Source: Burkholderiaceae bacterium (GTDB taxonomy: Bacteria > Pseudomonadota > Gammaproteobacteria > Burkholderiales > Burkholderiaceae_D). From it: a stretch of DNA of 64,000 nt. A program made the translations under genes and the position numbers. Shown in pieces: positions 43,964-52,813 of the stretch; positions within the stretch are counted from its first letter, which is position 1; every line of letters starts with the position of its first letter. The stretch lies in contig JAIENA010000185.1 in NCBI GenBank assembly GCA_019751755.1, positions 559 to 64,558 of the forward strand. The letters run 5' to 3'. The notes below the pieces were generated by a model. That model saw only the letters and a program-made list of their open reading frames with translations. It was not told where the DNA came from and made no database searches.

Positions 43964-44670
43964 GCGATCGCGATGTGGATCTCGCCAAGAAGGAGGCGAG
44001 GAGGAGAAAGCAATCGGGAAAGGCCAAGTCGTACACAGCGGCGCTGGCGCAGCTGGCTGCCGAGAACGGTCACGACGACTGGACGGCGTATGCAACGGCC
44101 CTTGCTGCAGAACCGGGGCCAGCGCCCGACTTCCAGGTTCGCTTGGTCAGCGCAGGCCGTAATGAAAGGACGCTTGTTCTCTCACTTAAAAGGGTGTTGA
44201 GCGTTACTGGCGTGGATAATGCGAGCTGGGAGCAAATGCTTCCTGCAGAGCGCGTTCAGCACGTATTGGATTGCGCGCTTTCGTCGCGGCGCGCTCGCGG
44301 CGATATGACGCGTTATAACGCCGAACTCATCGAGTCCAACGTCCCTTCTGTCGTAGCTTCGGGGCTTGCGCAGGCCGGCCAGGTTCGGATGTCTCTTGGT
44401 GCCGACGGCAGCCAACCAGATTTTGTCGTAGAGCTCGAAAGTCGTTCGAGCGGCGTGAAAGAGCATGTCGGCGTGCCGCTGGTAGAACTGCTCGAGTTTC
44501 ACGGGATTGTCCCGGCCGACTGGGAATGCAGTGGTCGCGAAGAGAAGGAATCCTTGATTGAAGAGATGGCGTTGTGGTCGAAACGTAGCTCAGGTGACTT
44601 CGGCGCCTACTTTTCGCAGGTTGTGTCCGGGTTCGATGGAGAGGATGAACCCGGCGACTCGCCGCGGTAG
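43960..44670 (+). CDS. hypothetical protein (236 aa)
   Basis: Clean ORF. No motif recognised. Confidence 0.55.
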   Translation: MSDRDVDLAKKEARRRKQSGKAKSYTAALAQLAAENGHDDWTAYATALAAEPGPAPDFQVRLVSAGRNERTLVLSLKRVLSVTGVDNASWEQMLPAERVQHVLDCALSSRRARGDMTRYNAELIESNVPSVVASGLAQAGQVRMSLGADGSQPDFVVELESRSSGVKEHVGVPLVELLEFHGIVPADWECSGREEKESLIEEMALWSKRSSGDFGAYFSQVVSGFDGEDEPGDSPR

Positions 44671-44745
44671 TCCCGTGACGCGGCGGCGTGCACTGCCGCG
44701 TGTAATCGCTAGCGGTTACACGGGCGCGTCGGTAGATGCAGATGC

Positions 44746-47166
44746 TTATTCGCTGGAGCGCCACTGCAGGTAAGATTTGATGGACATAAAGCCGGCTGCT
44801 GCAGCATTGCGCTCCAGTGACCATTGTGTCTCATCGGGTCGCACAAGTTGCAACAACTCCGTCTCCAGCGGCCGTCCGTAGGTATCGCAGATCGCGGTCG
44901 GGGTGGCGTCCGTTGGCTCATCCGAATTGTTGTGGACGTTCGCATCGTCGTAGGCACCGGCGGCCATATCAGCCATATATTCCTTATATTCGGCAACCGT
45001 CGCTTTGATAGCTTCGTCACTCTGGTTCACGATCGCTTGGGCGTCACCAAATATATCGTTCAGATAGTTCCAAGTGCCGTCAGAGCACTCGCCGAGCAGC
45101 GCGGTAAGGCGCTCATGAGCGGCGTTTTGTGCAGCGAGTTCTGCCCCCCTCTCCTCTTTCATCAGTTCTTCGTATGCTGCGTCGAGTTCCTCAAACTCCG
45201 CGGCCTCCGCCTCCGCTTCTCTTTTACGCTGCGCGATGGCTTCCTTTTGCTGTTCATCGAGCGCTTGCTGTGCTGCCTCCGCGCGGCTGATGACCTCAGC
45301 CCAATTCGGTGGTGGTGGCATCAGGCCAGCCTGCAGGAGGCGGCCGTTGATCAGGTCGAGTAGCGCGGAGTTCTCCTGGGGCAGATCCTTGGCCATCGCC
45401 GGTAGGTCAGCCGCATTGTCAACCAAATCCGGCAAGCCTTTCTTTTCTCGGCCGCTGCCGGCGCGAGAAATAAGCGCGCGCTCGCGCCAGGCGGCGGCGC
45501 CGCTTCCGCGCTTGCCCTCGGTTTCCAAACTGGTCGTGTACTTGGTGAGCCAGAGGTGCATGTAGCGCTGGCGTTCCGCGCTGTATCGCAGGCTGATGTC
45601 GTGGTAGCGCTGGTAGAACGCTTCATCGTGGCCGCAATCCAGACTGTCACCCGCGTGTGCAATTTCGTGTTCGACCAGATTGAACACATAAGCGACTGTC
45701 TGCAACGCCTTACCGCTCAGGCGCTGAACGATCTTTTTGTCGATCGCGATATACGTTTCTCCATCGGTCCAGGCCTCGGCCTTGTTCGAGTCACCCAGGA
45801 TAATGTCAAACTGTTTGCCGCCGCGGACCTGATTTCCGTATCGTATATTGCCACCAGTGCACAGGCCAGCGTAGCCGTGGAGGCACCAACGCAGTGCCGT
45901 CCATGCTCGTCGTGTTTCCTTGTCCAGGGTCTTTTCGCTTACAACGCTGGTGCGCTCAACGAACGAATCGCGCATCGTCCCGAAGTCCACCATTTGAGGC
46001 GCGTGAACCTGTGCGTAGTAGCGATTGTCTGGGTAGCTGTCGCGCAAGGTGGCGCAAATTTGTTCGATACACTCGTGAAGGTCGGCTGCGTTGTAGCAGC
46101 CGAAACGCTCGATGGTCTGTGGGTGGACGAGGACTGCGGCCCGGCTGCGGGCGATTGACTCCGCTTTCGGGACATCGAACGCATTTTCTACCACGGCGTA
46201 TTTGGCCTGGTCAAATCCACGCCGGCAGCGGAAGAGGAAATCTTGCATGGTCAGATGTCTTTTGCCAGGCAGGATAGAGATCACCTCCTCTTTTGAGAAA
46301 AGCTGCTGCATGGTGGGATCTCCGCTAAGAAGCGCACGTGCGCTTTTCTCGCGGCGAGCTTCCGTCTTCCGATGGTCGCCCAGCCTCGATGCCACCTCGT
46401 CGGCGAGCTTGCCGAAGCACTTGGCCACCGCCTTCCAGATCGGGCAAGTCTTGCGCAGGATCTCAGTACGCGAGACATTCAACGCAATGGCCTGCTTAGT
46501 CACGATCAGGCCGCCGGCGCCCCACAGGTGAGCAGGGTCGTGGCGGACCAACACGCCGAGGTTGTAGATGGACACCGCTCCTTCGGTCTTTGCGCGGTAG
46601 TACGCGTAGTCGTCTTCGAAGTCCCAGGATTCTTTCCGCGGGTCGCGGGTGATGACGCGCCCATTGAGTTCGACTTCGATCGGGGTGTAACGAACCAGGT
46701 CACGAATTTCCTGAACGGTCGACATATACTCGGCATCGGACAGCACCTCGTACCAAGTTCCCGATATGCGGCATCCGTGTTCTGGCGCCGGCAGCGTGAC
46801 CAGATCGTAGTTGTAGCCCATGCTGCGGGTATCGACATTCATCGTCCACAGATTCGACGACCAGGTAGTTTTTGCGTGAGCCATGATCTGGCCACGCCCC
46901 AGTCGGAAGCGGCCATAGGTGGCATCGCCTTCCTGGTGTGGTGTTCCGAAACGGCCAAAGTACATCCGTACGTCTTCTTCGGTCGCAAATCCATTACCGT
47001 CGTCGGCACAAATGAAGCCTTGGTGGTCGATATTCAGCTTGACGCGACTGGCACCGGCGTCTACGGAGTTCATCAGCAGTTCAATGATCGCCTTGCCGAT
47101 CGAACCGGCCTGGCTGTAGATGATGTGGTGGATGATCTGCGGGTCGAGTTCAAATGGGAGAAGCAT
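44746..47166 (-). CDS. GHKL-superfamily ATPase (Hsp90/MutL/MORC-type) fused to an HExxH region and an acidic coiled C-terminus
   Basis: N-box IELLMNSVDAGA, G1 box ADDGNGF, and later NLVEHEIAHAGDSLDCGHDE (HExxH). Confidence 0.65.
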   Translation of the reverse strand: MLLPFELDPQIIHHIIYSQAGSIGKAIIELLMNSVDAGASRVKLNIDHQGFICADDGNGFATEEDVRMYFGRFGTPHQEGDATYGRFRLGRGQIMAHAKTTWSSNLWTMNVDTRSMGYNYDLVTLPAPEHGCRISGTWYEVLSDAEYMSTVQEIRDLVRYTPIEVELNGRVITRDPRKESWDFEDDYAYYRAKTEGAVSIYNLGVLVRHDPAHLWGAGGLIVTKQAIALNVSRTEILRKTCPIWKAVAKCFGKLADEVASRLGDHRKTEARREKSARALLSGDPTMQQLFSKEEVISILPGKRHLTMQDFLFRCRRGFDQAKYAVVENAFDVPKAESIARSRAAVLVHPQTIERFGCYNAADLHECIEQICATLRDSYPDNRYYAQVHAPQMVDFGTMRDSFVERTSVVSEKTLDKETRRAWTALRWCLHGYAGLCTGGNIRYGNQVRGGKQFDIILGDSNKAEAWTDGETYIAIDKKIVQRLSGKALQTVAYVFNLVEHEIAHAGDSLDCGHDEAFYQRYHDISLRYSAERQRYMHLWLTKYTTSLETEGKRGSGAAAWRERALISRAGSGREKKGLPDLVDNAADLPAMAKDLPQENSALLDLINGRLLQAGLMPPPPNWAEVISRAEAAQQALDEQQKEAIAQRKREAEAEAAEFEELDAAYEELMKEERGAELAAQNAAHERLTALLGECSDGTWNYLNDIFGDAQAIVNQSDEAIKATVAEYKEYMADMAAGAYDDANVHNNSDEPTDATPTAICDTYGRPLETELLQLVRPDETQWSLERNAAAAGFMSIKSYLQWRSSE

Positions 47167-47223
47167 TGTTACCTCAATAGGATAGATCGGTTACTCGTTT
47201 TTCCTTATTCCCGTCGGCGCCGA

Positions 47224-48120
47224 TCATGCTTTTGCCTCGCCGCCAAGTGCCTCGACGACATCAGCCATCAGCTTTGAGAGTTCGCCCGTCATTAGCATGA
47301 AGTCGCCGTCGAATCGTTCGTCGTCGTTGCGTGTGGTGTTTTCCGTTTCCTTCAGCACGTCCAGCGGCTTGATGCCTTTCAGCGCCAGCGATTCCGTCAA
47401 CGTGAACGAAATCTTGCTGTCCCAGGTCATGGCCAGGCGCGTGCACTGCTTGCCGGCCGTGATGTGGCGGCGCACTTCATCGGCTTCCAGCGTGTGGCGC
47501 ACGTAACGCACGGCTGCCTTGCTTTCGCCGGTGGCGCGCAATTCGGTATCCATGTCGACCGTGAAACCGGCCGGCGCATCGTCGGCCTGCAGCCATTCCG
47601 TCATCACGCCCACCGGCGAACGGTTCACGCGCAAGCTTTCCACCGGCATGCGGTCCACTGCCTTCAGTAGCAGCTTGATCACTTCATCTGCCTTGGCAGG
47701 GCTGGCCGCATCGACCACCAGCCAGCCATTGACCGGGTCGATCCAAGTCCACACGTTGCTGCGGATCGGGAATGCGCGCGGCAGCAATTCGTCCGCCACG
47801 CGTTCTTTCAATTCTTTCATGACTTTTTTGCCCGGAGCGAAGCCTTGTGCTTCTTCTATTTCTTCAGCGCGAGCCTTTGCCACCTGGTTGATGACGGTAG
47901 CCGGCAACAGTTTTTTCTCTGCTCCCAGCAGGATCAGCATCTGCTTGTTCACCACGTGCACCAGTCCGCCGTTGGGACGAGGCTTGTCCCAGCCCTGGCG
48001 GAGCAATTCATTGCTGCTGGCAGGCGTGAACGCATGCGGTGTCAGCGCCGCTTCGAGTTGTTCAGGAGTAAATGCCCAGGGCGCGGGCAGGCGGTAAATC
48101 TGTGCGTTTCGGAAAAACAT
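47224..48120 (-). CDS. rdgC: recombination-associated protein RdgC
   Basis: MFFRNAQIYRLPAPWAFTPEQLEAALTPHAFTPASSNELLRQGW parallels the RdgC N-terminus. The length (298 aa) fits. Confidence 0.75.
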   Translation of the reverse strand: MFFRNAQIYRLPAPWAFTPEQLEAALTPHAFTPASSNELLRQGWDKPRPNGGLVHVVNKQMLILLGAEKKLLPATVINQVAKARAEEIEEAQGFAPGKKVMKELKERVADELLPRAFPIRSNVWTWIDPVNGWLVVDAASPAKADEVIKLLLKAVDRMPVESLRVNRSPVGVMTEWLQADDAPAGFTVDMDTELRATGESKAAVRYVRHTLEADEVRRHITAGKQCTRLAMTWDSKISFTLTESLALKGIKPLDVLKETENTTRNDDERFDGDFMLMTGELSKLMADVVEALGGEAKA

Positions 48121-48192
48121 TGTTGATTTCCTCGTGGTTATTTTGGTTGTATGACTATAATACATAACAGAAATTGCTTGTAGGTATTATTG

Positions 48193-48205
48193 GTGCAACC
48201 ACGCC
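48193..48205 (+). promoter_or_regulatory. box copy F1 (GTGCAACCACGCC), no -10 at the canonical gap
   Basis: In tandem with F2, 35 nt upstream of it. Confidence 0.4.
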
Positions 48206-48227
48206 CCGATCCCGGTGCCGATAGATG

Positions 48228-48259
48228 TTGCAACCACGCGCGAAGCTCACCGGTACGAT
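48228..48259 (+). promoter_or_regulatory. box promoter F2: TTGCAACCACGCG-N13-TACGAT
   Basis: -10 at 48254-48259. ATG 48293 follows AAGGAACAGG. Confidence 0.55.
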
Positions 48260-48292
48260 CAAGGCGTCCAAACCACACATAAGGAACAGGTA

Positions 48293-49231
48293 ATGTCCAA
48301 GCAACCATCCCGCGCTTTCGCCTCTGCCTTCGCTGCGGCCATGTCCGACACCGCTGTCCAGGCGGCGCACCATGAAGTCATTTCGAAGCGCATGACGGCA
48401 GCTGCGACAGCTGCAATCACTGCGCTGTTGTTTGGCCTGACCACGGCACCTGTGCCGGCACATGCGCAGAACGGTAATCCCGTCGCACGAGCGGCGCTCG
48501 ACGTCTTTGGCGGCGTGGTTGGTGGTGCGATTGGCAGCCAGGTCGGTGGCGGGAACGGGAAAAAGGCCGCGACCGTCGCTGGTGCAGCTGCCGGTGTCTG
48601 GGCGGCCGAAGCGCTGCAATCGGGATCTTCGCAACCGCAGCGCGGCCGGGCCTTCGCTACGAGTAGCGACTCCTTCGGCCCGGTCATCGCGTCGGGTTGG
48701 AGTAATACCCGCATGCCCAGCGCGACGCCGGTCGCAGTGTCTTCGCGCGGGATGCAGCCCGAAGCAGCTTACACGCGCTTACCGGATCGTCAGTCGCAAC
48801 TTCAGAGTGGTACCACTCAAATGTCGGATGAGCGCATGTCCAAGCTGATCGCGATCGAAGGTTCGTTCCTGAAAGCTCGCGACGGTTATGCGCGGGCCAT
48901 CTTTGCCTCCGAGCAGGCTGAAGACGATGCTGTGCTGGACGCTGGCAACCGCGGAGTACAACAGAACCTGAGCGCAGCCGGTGCACAGCAGCGTCAGGCG
49001 CAGATTGATTACAACTCAGCGCGGGTGACCTTCGTCAGCGCCGTCCAGCACATGGGAGAGCGTGGCTATGACGTGCACAATTTCGCGCACTCCTACAGTC
49101 TGTCGCAAGCCCGTGTGACGGCTGGCGATATGCGCCGCGGCGACGTGGTCCGCGTGACCCGCAGCGCCCGCATGGTGGAACAGTACGACGAGGCGGACAG
49201 CGTGCGCGGCGACAGCTTCAGCAACCGCTGA
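48293..49231 (+). CDS. membrane/secreted protein with a glycine-zipper segment
   Basis: Signal/TM segment (AAATAAITALLFGLTTAPVPAHA), then GGVVGGAIGSQVGGGNGKKAATVAGAAAGVWAA. Confidence 0.5.
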   Translation: MSKQPSRAFASAFAAAMSDTAVQAAHHEVISKRMTAAATAAITALLFGLTTAPVPAHAQNGNPVARAALDVFGGVVGGAIGSQVGGGNGKKAATVAGAAAGVWAAEALQSGSSQPQRGRAFATSSDSFGPVIASGWSNTRMPSATPVAVSSRGMQPEAAYTRLPDRQSQLQSGTTQMSDERMSKLIAIEGSFLKARDGYARAIFASEQAEDDAVLDAGNRGVQQNLSAAGAQQRQAQIDYNSARVTFVSAVQHMGERGYDVHNFAHSYSLSQARVTAGDMRRGDVVRVTRSARMVEQYDEADSVRGDSFSNR

Positions 49232-49321
49232 AGCCCTCGAACGAATAATGGCGCCAGCTGGCGCTGCCCTGGCGAAGTCGCCTATTGCGACGCCGCTGAT
49301 TTTCTTCAGATAGGTAAAACC

Positions 49322-49705
49322 ATGCAACGCACCACATTCAACGATGCTCTTTCGCACATAAGGATCCCGCCTCGCCATATCGTCACTATGATCCGCGAAA
49401 CTGCGGCGTCGCTTGGCGACCACCGTCTTGACGACCGGCTGCGCGGTGAACCAGGTTTTCACCTCAAGGCCGTGGACCTTACCCAGGGCCTGGTGATTGC
49501 TATGACCCTTGCCCAAACGCTTCGCCCAGAAGAGAAATTCGCGGCAATGTTGGGGCCTGATCGCTTTGGGGCCGGCGATGCCAGCCTGGAGAAGCTAGGA
49601 AGCGCGATGATCGATCAAATGCTGCAGGGGCCTCGTCTGGGCAGCGACCTGGTGCCCGATGAAACCCTGCAGGAACGTGTGCGTGTGATCCAGCACTGGG
49701 TCTAA
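49322..49705 (+). CDS. hypothetical protein (127 aa)
   Basis: ORF with ATG start. No motif recognised. Confidence 0.45.
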   Translation: MQRTTFNDALSHIRIPPRHIVTMIRETAASLGDHRLDDRLRGEPGFHLKAVDLTQGLVIAMTLAQTLRPEEKFAAMLGPDRFGAGDASLEKLGSAMIDQMLQGPRLGSDLVPDETLQERVRVIQHWV

Positions 49706-49741
49706 TCAAAATTGAAAAATACGGATACCCAGCGAAACAAT

Positions 49742-49767
49742 GCCTCGGACGAATCACGAGGCCTTTT
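49742..49767. terminator. hairpin terminator between convergent genes
   Basis: GCCTCG / CGAGGC stem followed by TTTT. Confidence 0.55.
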
Positions 49768-49777
49768 CATTTGCTGA

Positions 49778-50419
49778 TCATCCCCCGGGCGCCCGCTCCG
49801 ACGCGCCTTCACTTTCGTCGTCTTGTTCCGCGCTGGCGGCACCCTCCGGTGCTTGAATTAGCGTTCCCGCCATGTCGGCGATCACCATGCCAAAGCACCC
49901 TAGGCTCTCACCACGTTCCGGCTCGTACTCCTCGACCAGCAAGGTTGCCATCTGTTCTTCGGTTGGCGGTGTCGCGGACCAGGTCGTGTAATACGTCTCG
50001 CCATGCCGGTGCGAGTGCGTGATCACGTACGGCTGCAAGCCATCGAGTTGCTGGGCGCGCTCGAGGAGGGCGAGGGCGAGCGCGCGCAGTGCCCCGGCGG
50101 GGAGCGCGGCATTGTCTGGCGCAGCCAGCAGCGTTGTGGCGCGTGCGTCGGCCGCTTCGAGCTCCTTGATAAGGGCGGCATGCTCTTCCTGGACCGAATC
50201 TTCCTCGCCATGCCATGCGCTGAGAGACGCGCCGAGTTGGGAGTGAAGGTCGGTCGCAATTGCGGCAAGCGCAGGCGCGGCGGCCAGCAGGTGCCCGAGG
50301 GCATCAGGCTGGCGAGGCGGGACGATGCAGATGACGGAGTAGCTATTCTTCTCCATAACCGTGCGGGCTGCTGGGTCGTATTCCCAGGCTTTTTGCAAAT
50401 CACTCATTGGGGTCTCCAT
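49778..50419 (-). CDS. hypothetical acidic protein (about 213 aa)
   Basis: ATG 50419 abuts the upstream stop (TGATG). Confidence 0.5.
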   Translation of the reverse strand: METPMSDLQKAWEYDPAARTVMEKNSYSVICIVPPRQPDALGHLLAAAPALAAIATDLHSQLGASLSAWHGEEDSVQEEHAALIKELEAADARATTLLAAPDNAALPAGALRALALALLERAQQLDGLQPYVITHSHRHGETYYTTWSATPPTEEQMATLLVEEYEPERGESLGCFGMVIADMAGTLIQAPEGAASAEQDDESEGASERAPGG

Positions 50420-50976
50420 CAAGGGGTGGGGCCGGAAGTCGGCTCCGTTTCAAAATCTGGTTCGGATTCAGTCTGGACGGACTCAACGGCGCGGCGCTGG
50501 GCAGGACCGACGTGTACATAGGCGCAGTGCTTGCGTACGAGATCCTGTGTTCCAGAGCCATAGCGATTCGTCTCGCCGAATTTCAACGCATCGATGTCGA
50601 GCGTAACCAATGTTCCATTTGAAAATCGGATAGGCGCGTCAGCCGGCATGTCGGATGCTTCGTAGCTCACCAGTACCTCGTGGAGCCAGCGGTGCATGCC
50701 GAAAGCGTCCGGTACTGGATTTAGCGCATTACGGACCCACACGTAAGGGTAGAGCGCGTGCGGGGAGCGTTCGGCGAAGAACTGCTCGAGGGCGACGGTC
50801 GTGATGGCGTTCGTCACAGCGCGCGATTCGCCCGTGGATAGCCGGCTCAGGCTGTCGAGAAAGCTGGCCTTCTTCGCCGGGAAGGTGTTCCAGAGGGAGG
50901 GGAAGCGGCGCCATTCAGGCTCGCTGCCTCTGCGGCGAAGGGCCGCCTCGTGATCAAAAGCGCAGGAAGAAAGCAT
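50419..50976 (-). CDS. hypothetical protein (185 aa)
   Basis: ATG 50976 lies downstream of box promoter G. Confidence 0.5.
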   Translation of the reverse strand: MLSSCAFDHEAALRRRGSEPEWRRFPSLWNTFPAKKASFLDSLSRLSTGESRAVTNAITTVALEQFFAERSPHALYPYVWVRNALNPVPDAFGMHRWLHEVLVSYEASDMPADAPIRFSNGTLVTLDIDALKFGETNRYGSGTQDLVRKHCAYVHVGPAQRRAVESVQTESEPDFETEPTSGPTP

Positions 50977-51007
50977 AGGTGGCCTCGTTTATGAATAGAA
51001 CGTTGCC

Positions 51008-51039
51008 AATGTATCTGGCCTACCCGAACGTGGTTGCAC
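51008..51039 (-). promoter_or_regulatory. box promoter G: GTGCAACCACGTT-N13-TACATT (minus strand)
   Basis: Box at 51039-51027 and -10 at 51013-51008. Confidence 0.5.
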
Positions 51040-51202
51040 CTCGCGGACACATCAGCTGTTGCCCGTCGCCGCGCCGCGCGCGCCCACGGCGCCAATCTGT
51101 TACTGGCCGACAGGCTGCTGCGGGCCGGTACCCGCCCGCCAATGGGTGGTAGATCGCGTACATATGGACATCCGAGAGGCGGCGGACTGAGAAAGAGCTG
51201 GG

Positions 51203-51658
51203 TTATGCGAAGCTCTCGGTCGCATACTCGATCTCTTCGAGAGGATCGCCGTCGCCGCCGAAGCGCTGGTCGCCGACGTAGCTCACCATGTGCACAGCGT
51301 CGATGCGCGTGAATTTCGAGAATGCAGCAGCGACGTTGCCATCCACCAGGTCGACGAGGGCTTCGGGGACATACACGTGCTTGCCGATGCTGCTGTAGTT
51401 ACCGCCGTAAAAATTCATGTCGTACTCGACGCACACGTGCGGATGATCGACATCCGACATGATGGCGTTCATCTCCGCACTGGAGAGGCTGGCGGCCAGT
51501 TCGGCATTCTGGGAACTCGACCAGTTGCGGCCGGCGGCGCCGACCATCTTGGCGCGCAGCCGCCAGACGAAAGTGTCACCGACGGGCGTTCCATCACGAT
51601 CGCGGAAGCCCTCCGCGAAGATGCCGTTGGCGCGGTTATTAAAGTGGTAGGAATTCAT
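51203..51658 (-). CDS. hypothetical protein (151 aa, MNSYHFNNRANG...)
   Basis: ATG 51658 after GGAG. The upstream part of the listed 266-aa ORF is junk-like and contains box H. Confidence 0.5.
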   Translation of the reverse strand: MNSYHFNNRANGIFAEGFRDRDGTPVGDTFVWRLRAKMVGAAGRNWSSSQNAELAASLSSAEMNAIMSDVDHPHVCVEYDMNFYGGNYSSIGKHVYVPEALVDLVDGNVAAAFSKFTRIDAVHMVSYVGDQRFGGDGDPLEEIEYATESFA

Positions 51659-51685
51659 AGAGGCTCCAAGTGTTGACTTGGAGCG

Positions 51686-51717
51686 ATGGTAGAGGGCCAG
51701 GCTGCGCGTGGTTGCAA
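51686..51717 (-). promoter_or_regulatory. box promoter H: TTGCAACCACGCG-N13-TACCAT (minus strand)
   Basis: Box at 51717-51705 and -10 at 51691-51686, 28 nt upstream of ATG 51658. Confidence 0.55.
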
Positions 51718-51728
51718 GCCCGCGAAGG

Positions 51729-52193
51729 TTACGGTGCGGGCGCGCAGTGGTCTTGGTCGTCCTGTTCGAGCTCGGGTGGCGGTTCGGCGGCGTCAGCTGC
51801 GTTTTCGCACTGCACGAGCCTGTGCAGCAGTCGATGATATTCGCGATCGGCGTGGACGTAGACACGGCCGTAGTCGCCCCGCAAGAAGCTCCAGTCGTGA
51901 CGGACCAGGCGGCCATAATCTCGGCGGAGCTCATCGCTCGACTGGACGATCTCAAGGGCTTTGAGTTGCTGGTCCAGCAGGACCTCCATGCGTTTCTCGG
52001 CACAATCGTGTACGCGGTGCAGCGCCTGTCGGACCTGCGGTAGCGAACGAATCATCGGATTGGCGTGCAAGTTCGCGGCGAATTTCACGGCCTGCATGGT
52101 TGTGGAGGTTCGAATGCGGGCTTGGGCCGAGCCGCAGTCATTCGAAAGCTGGTTGAGTAGCCTTTCGAGGTAGTAATGGGTTGCATTGATCAT
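51729..52193 (-). CDS. hypothetical protein (154 aa)
   Basis: ATG 52193 (MINATHYYLERLL...) after GGGGAA. Confidence 0.45.
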   Translation of the reverse strand: MINATHYYLERLLNQLSNDCGSAQARIRTSTTMQAVKFAANLHANPMIRSLPQVRQALHRVHDCAEKRMEVLLDQQLKALEIVQSSDELRRDYGRLVRHDWSFLRGDYGRVYVHADREYHRLLHRLVQCENAADAAEPPPELEQDDQDHCAPAP

Positions 52194-52212
52194 GCTTCGT
52201 TTCCCCGATGGT

Positions 52213-52695
52213 TCACGGCGCTGGAGCGCAGCGCTCGCCTTCTTCCTGCTCGGCGGCGCCATGCGCGAGCGCGGCCTCGGCAGCCAAGTGCTCGGCTCGC
52301 ATCATCTTCTCGATGTAGCCCAGCAGATGATCCGCCAGGCCATCATCGACGCGTATGCGGCATTCGAAGAAGGCCATGTCCGGAACATTCATCTTGTCCG
52401 TGCTGACCCAGGGCACGTGTCCACCGTCCTTATTGGCTAGTACCATTGCGTGCTTCCCCAAGAAAAGCACAGTGCTGCACGAGGTGCTGCATGCGACATA
52501 GCTATTGCCGGCGTACCGTGCCAGCGAGGTCAGCATGATCTCGTTCCCGGCACTAGGTAGATCCGGTACCAGCTTAAGCACTTCGAGTGCCACACGCGTT
52601 GCCTTGTTTCGCAGCGGTTCGTCTCGAGGGTCGCTCAGGATTGCGGAGATCGCGGCTGGGTTGGCGCGTTGTGCTTGGCTCTCGATAGTGCTCAT
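52213..52695 (-). CDS. hypothetical protein (160 aa)
   Basis: ATG 52695. No motif recognised. Confidence 0.5.
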   Translation of the reverse strand: MSTIESQAQRANPAAISAILSDPRDEPLRNKATRVALEVLKLVPDLPSAGNEIMLTSLARYAGNSYVACSTSCSTVLFLGKHAMVLANKDGGHVPWVSTDKMNVPDMAFFECRIRVDDGLADHLLGYIEKMMRAEHLAAEAALAHGAAEQEEGERCAPAP

Positions 52696-52775
52696 GGGTG
52701 TCTTCTTTCTGCTTTAGATGGGCGTGGCGCTGGTGATCGGTGTCGAAATGTTATCGGGAATAGCCTCGGGCGGCA

Positions 52776-52788
52776 GTGCAACCACGCC
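52776..52788 (+). promoter_or_regulatory. orphan box copy I (GTGCAACCACGCC)
   Basis: Exact box but no -10 at the canonical gap and no plus-strand gene downstream. It points into the 3' end of the pseudogene. Confidence 0.35.
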
Positions 52789-52813
52789 GCTCCGGCCGCG
52801 CCAGAGCTGGCAC

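Noticed and set aside
49251-49264. 14-bp perfect palindrome GCGCCAGCTGGCGC after the glycine-zipper gene.
   Set aside because: It is short and GC-rich, has no T tract, and sits 20 nt after a stop codon. It is most simply a weak terminator or attenuator hairpin, so it was not pursued.
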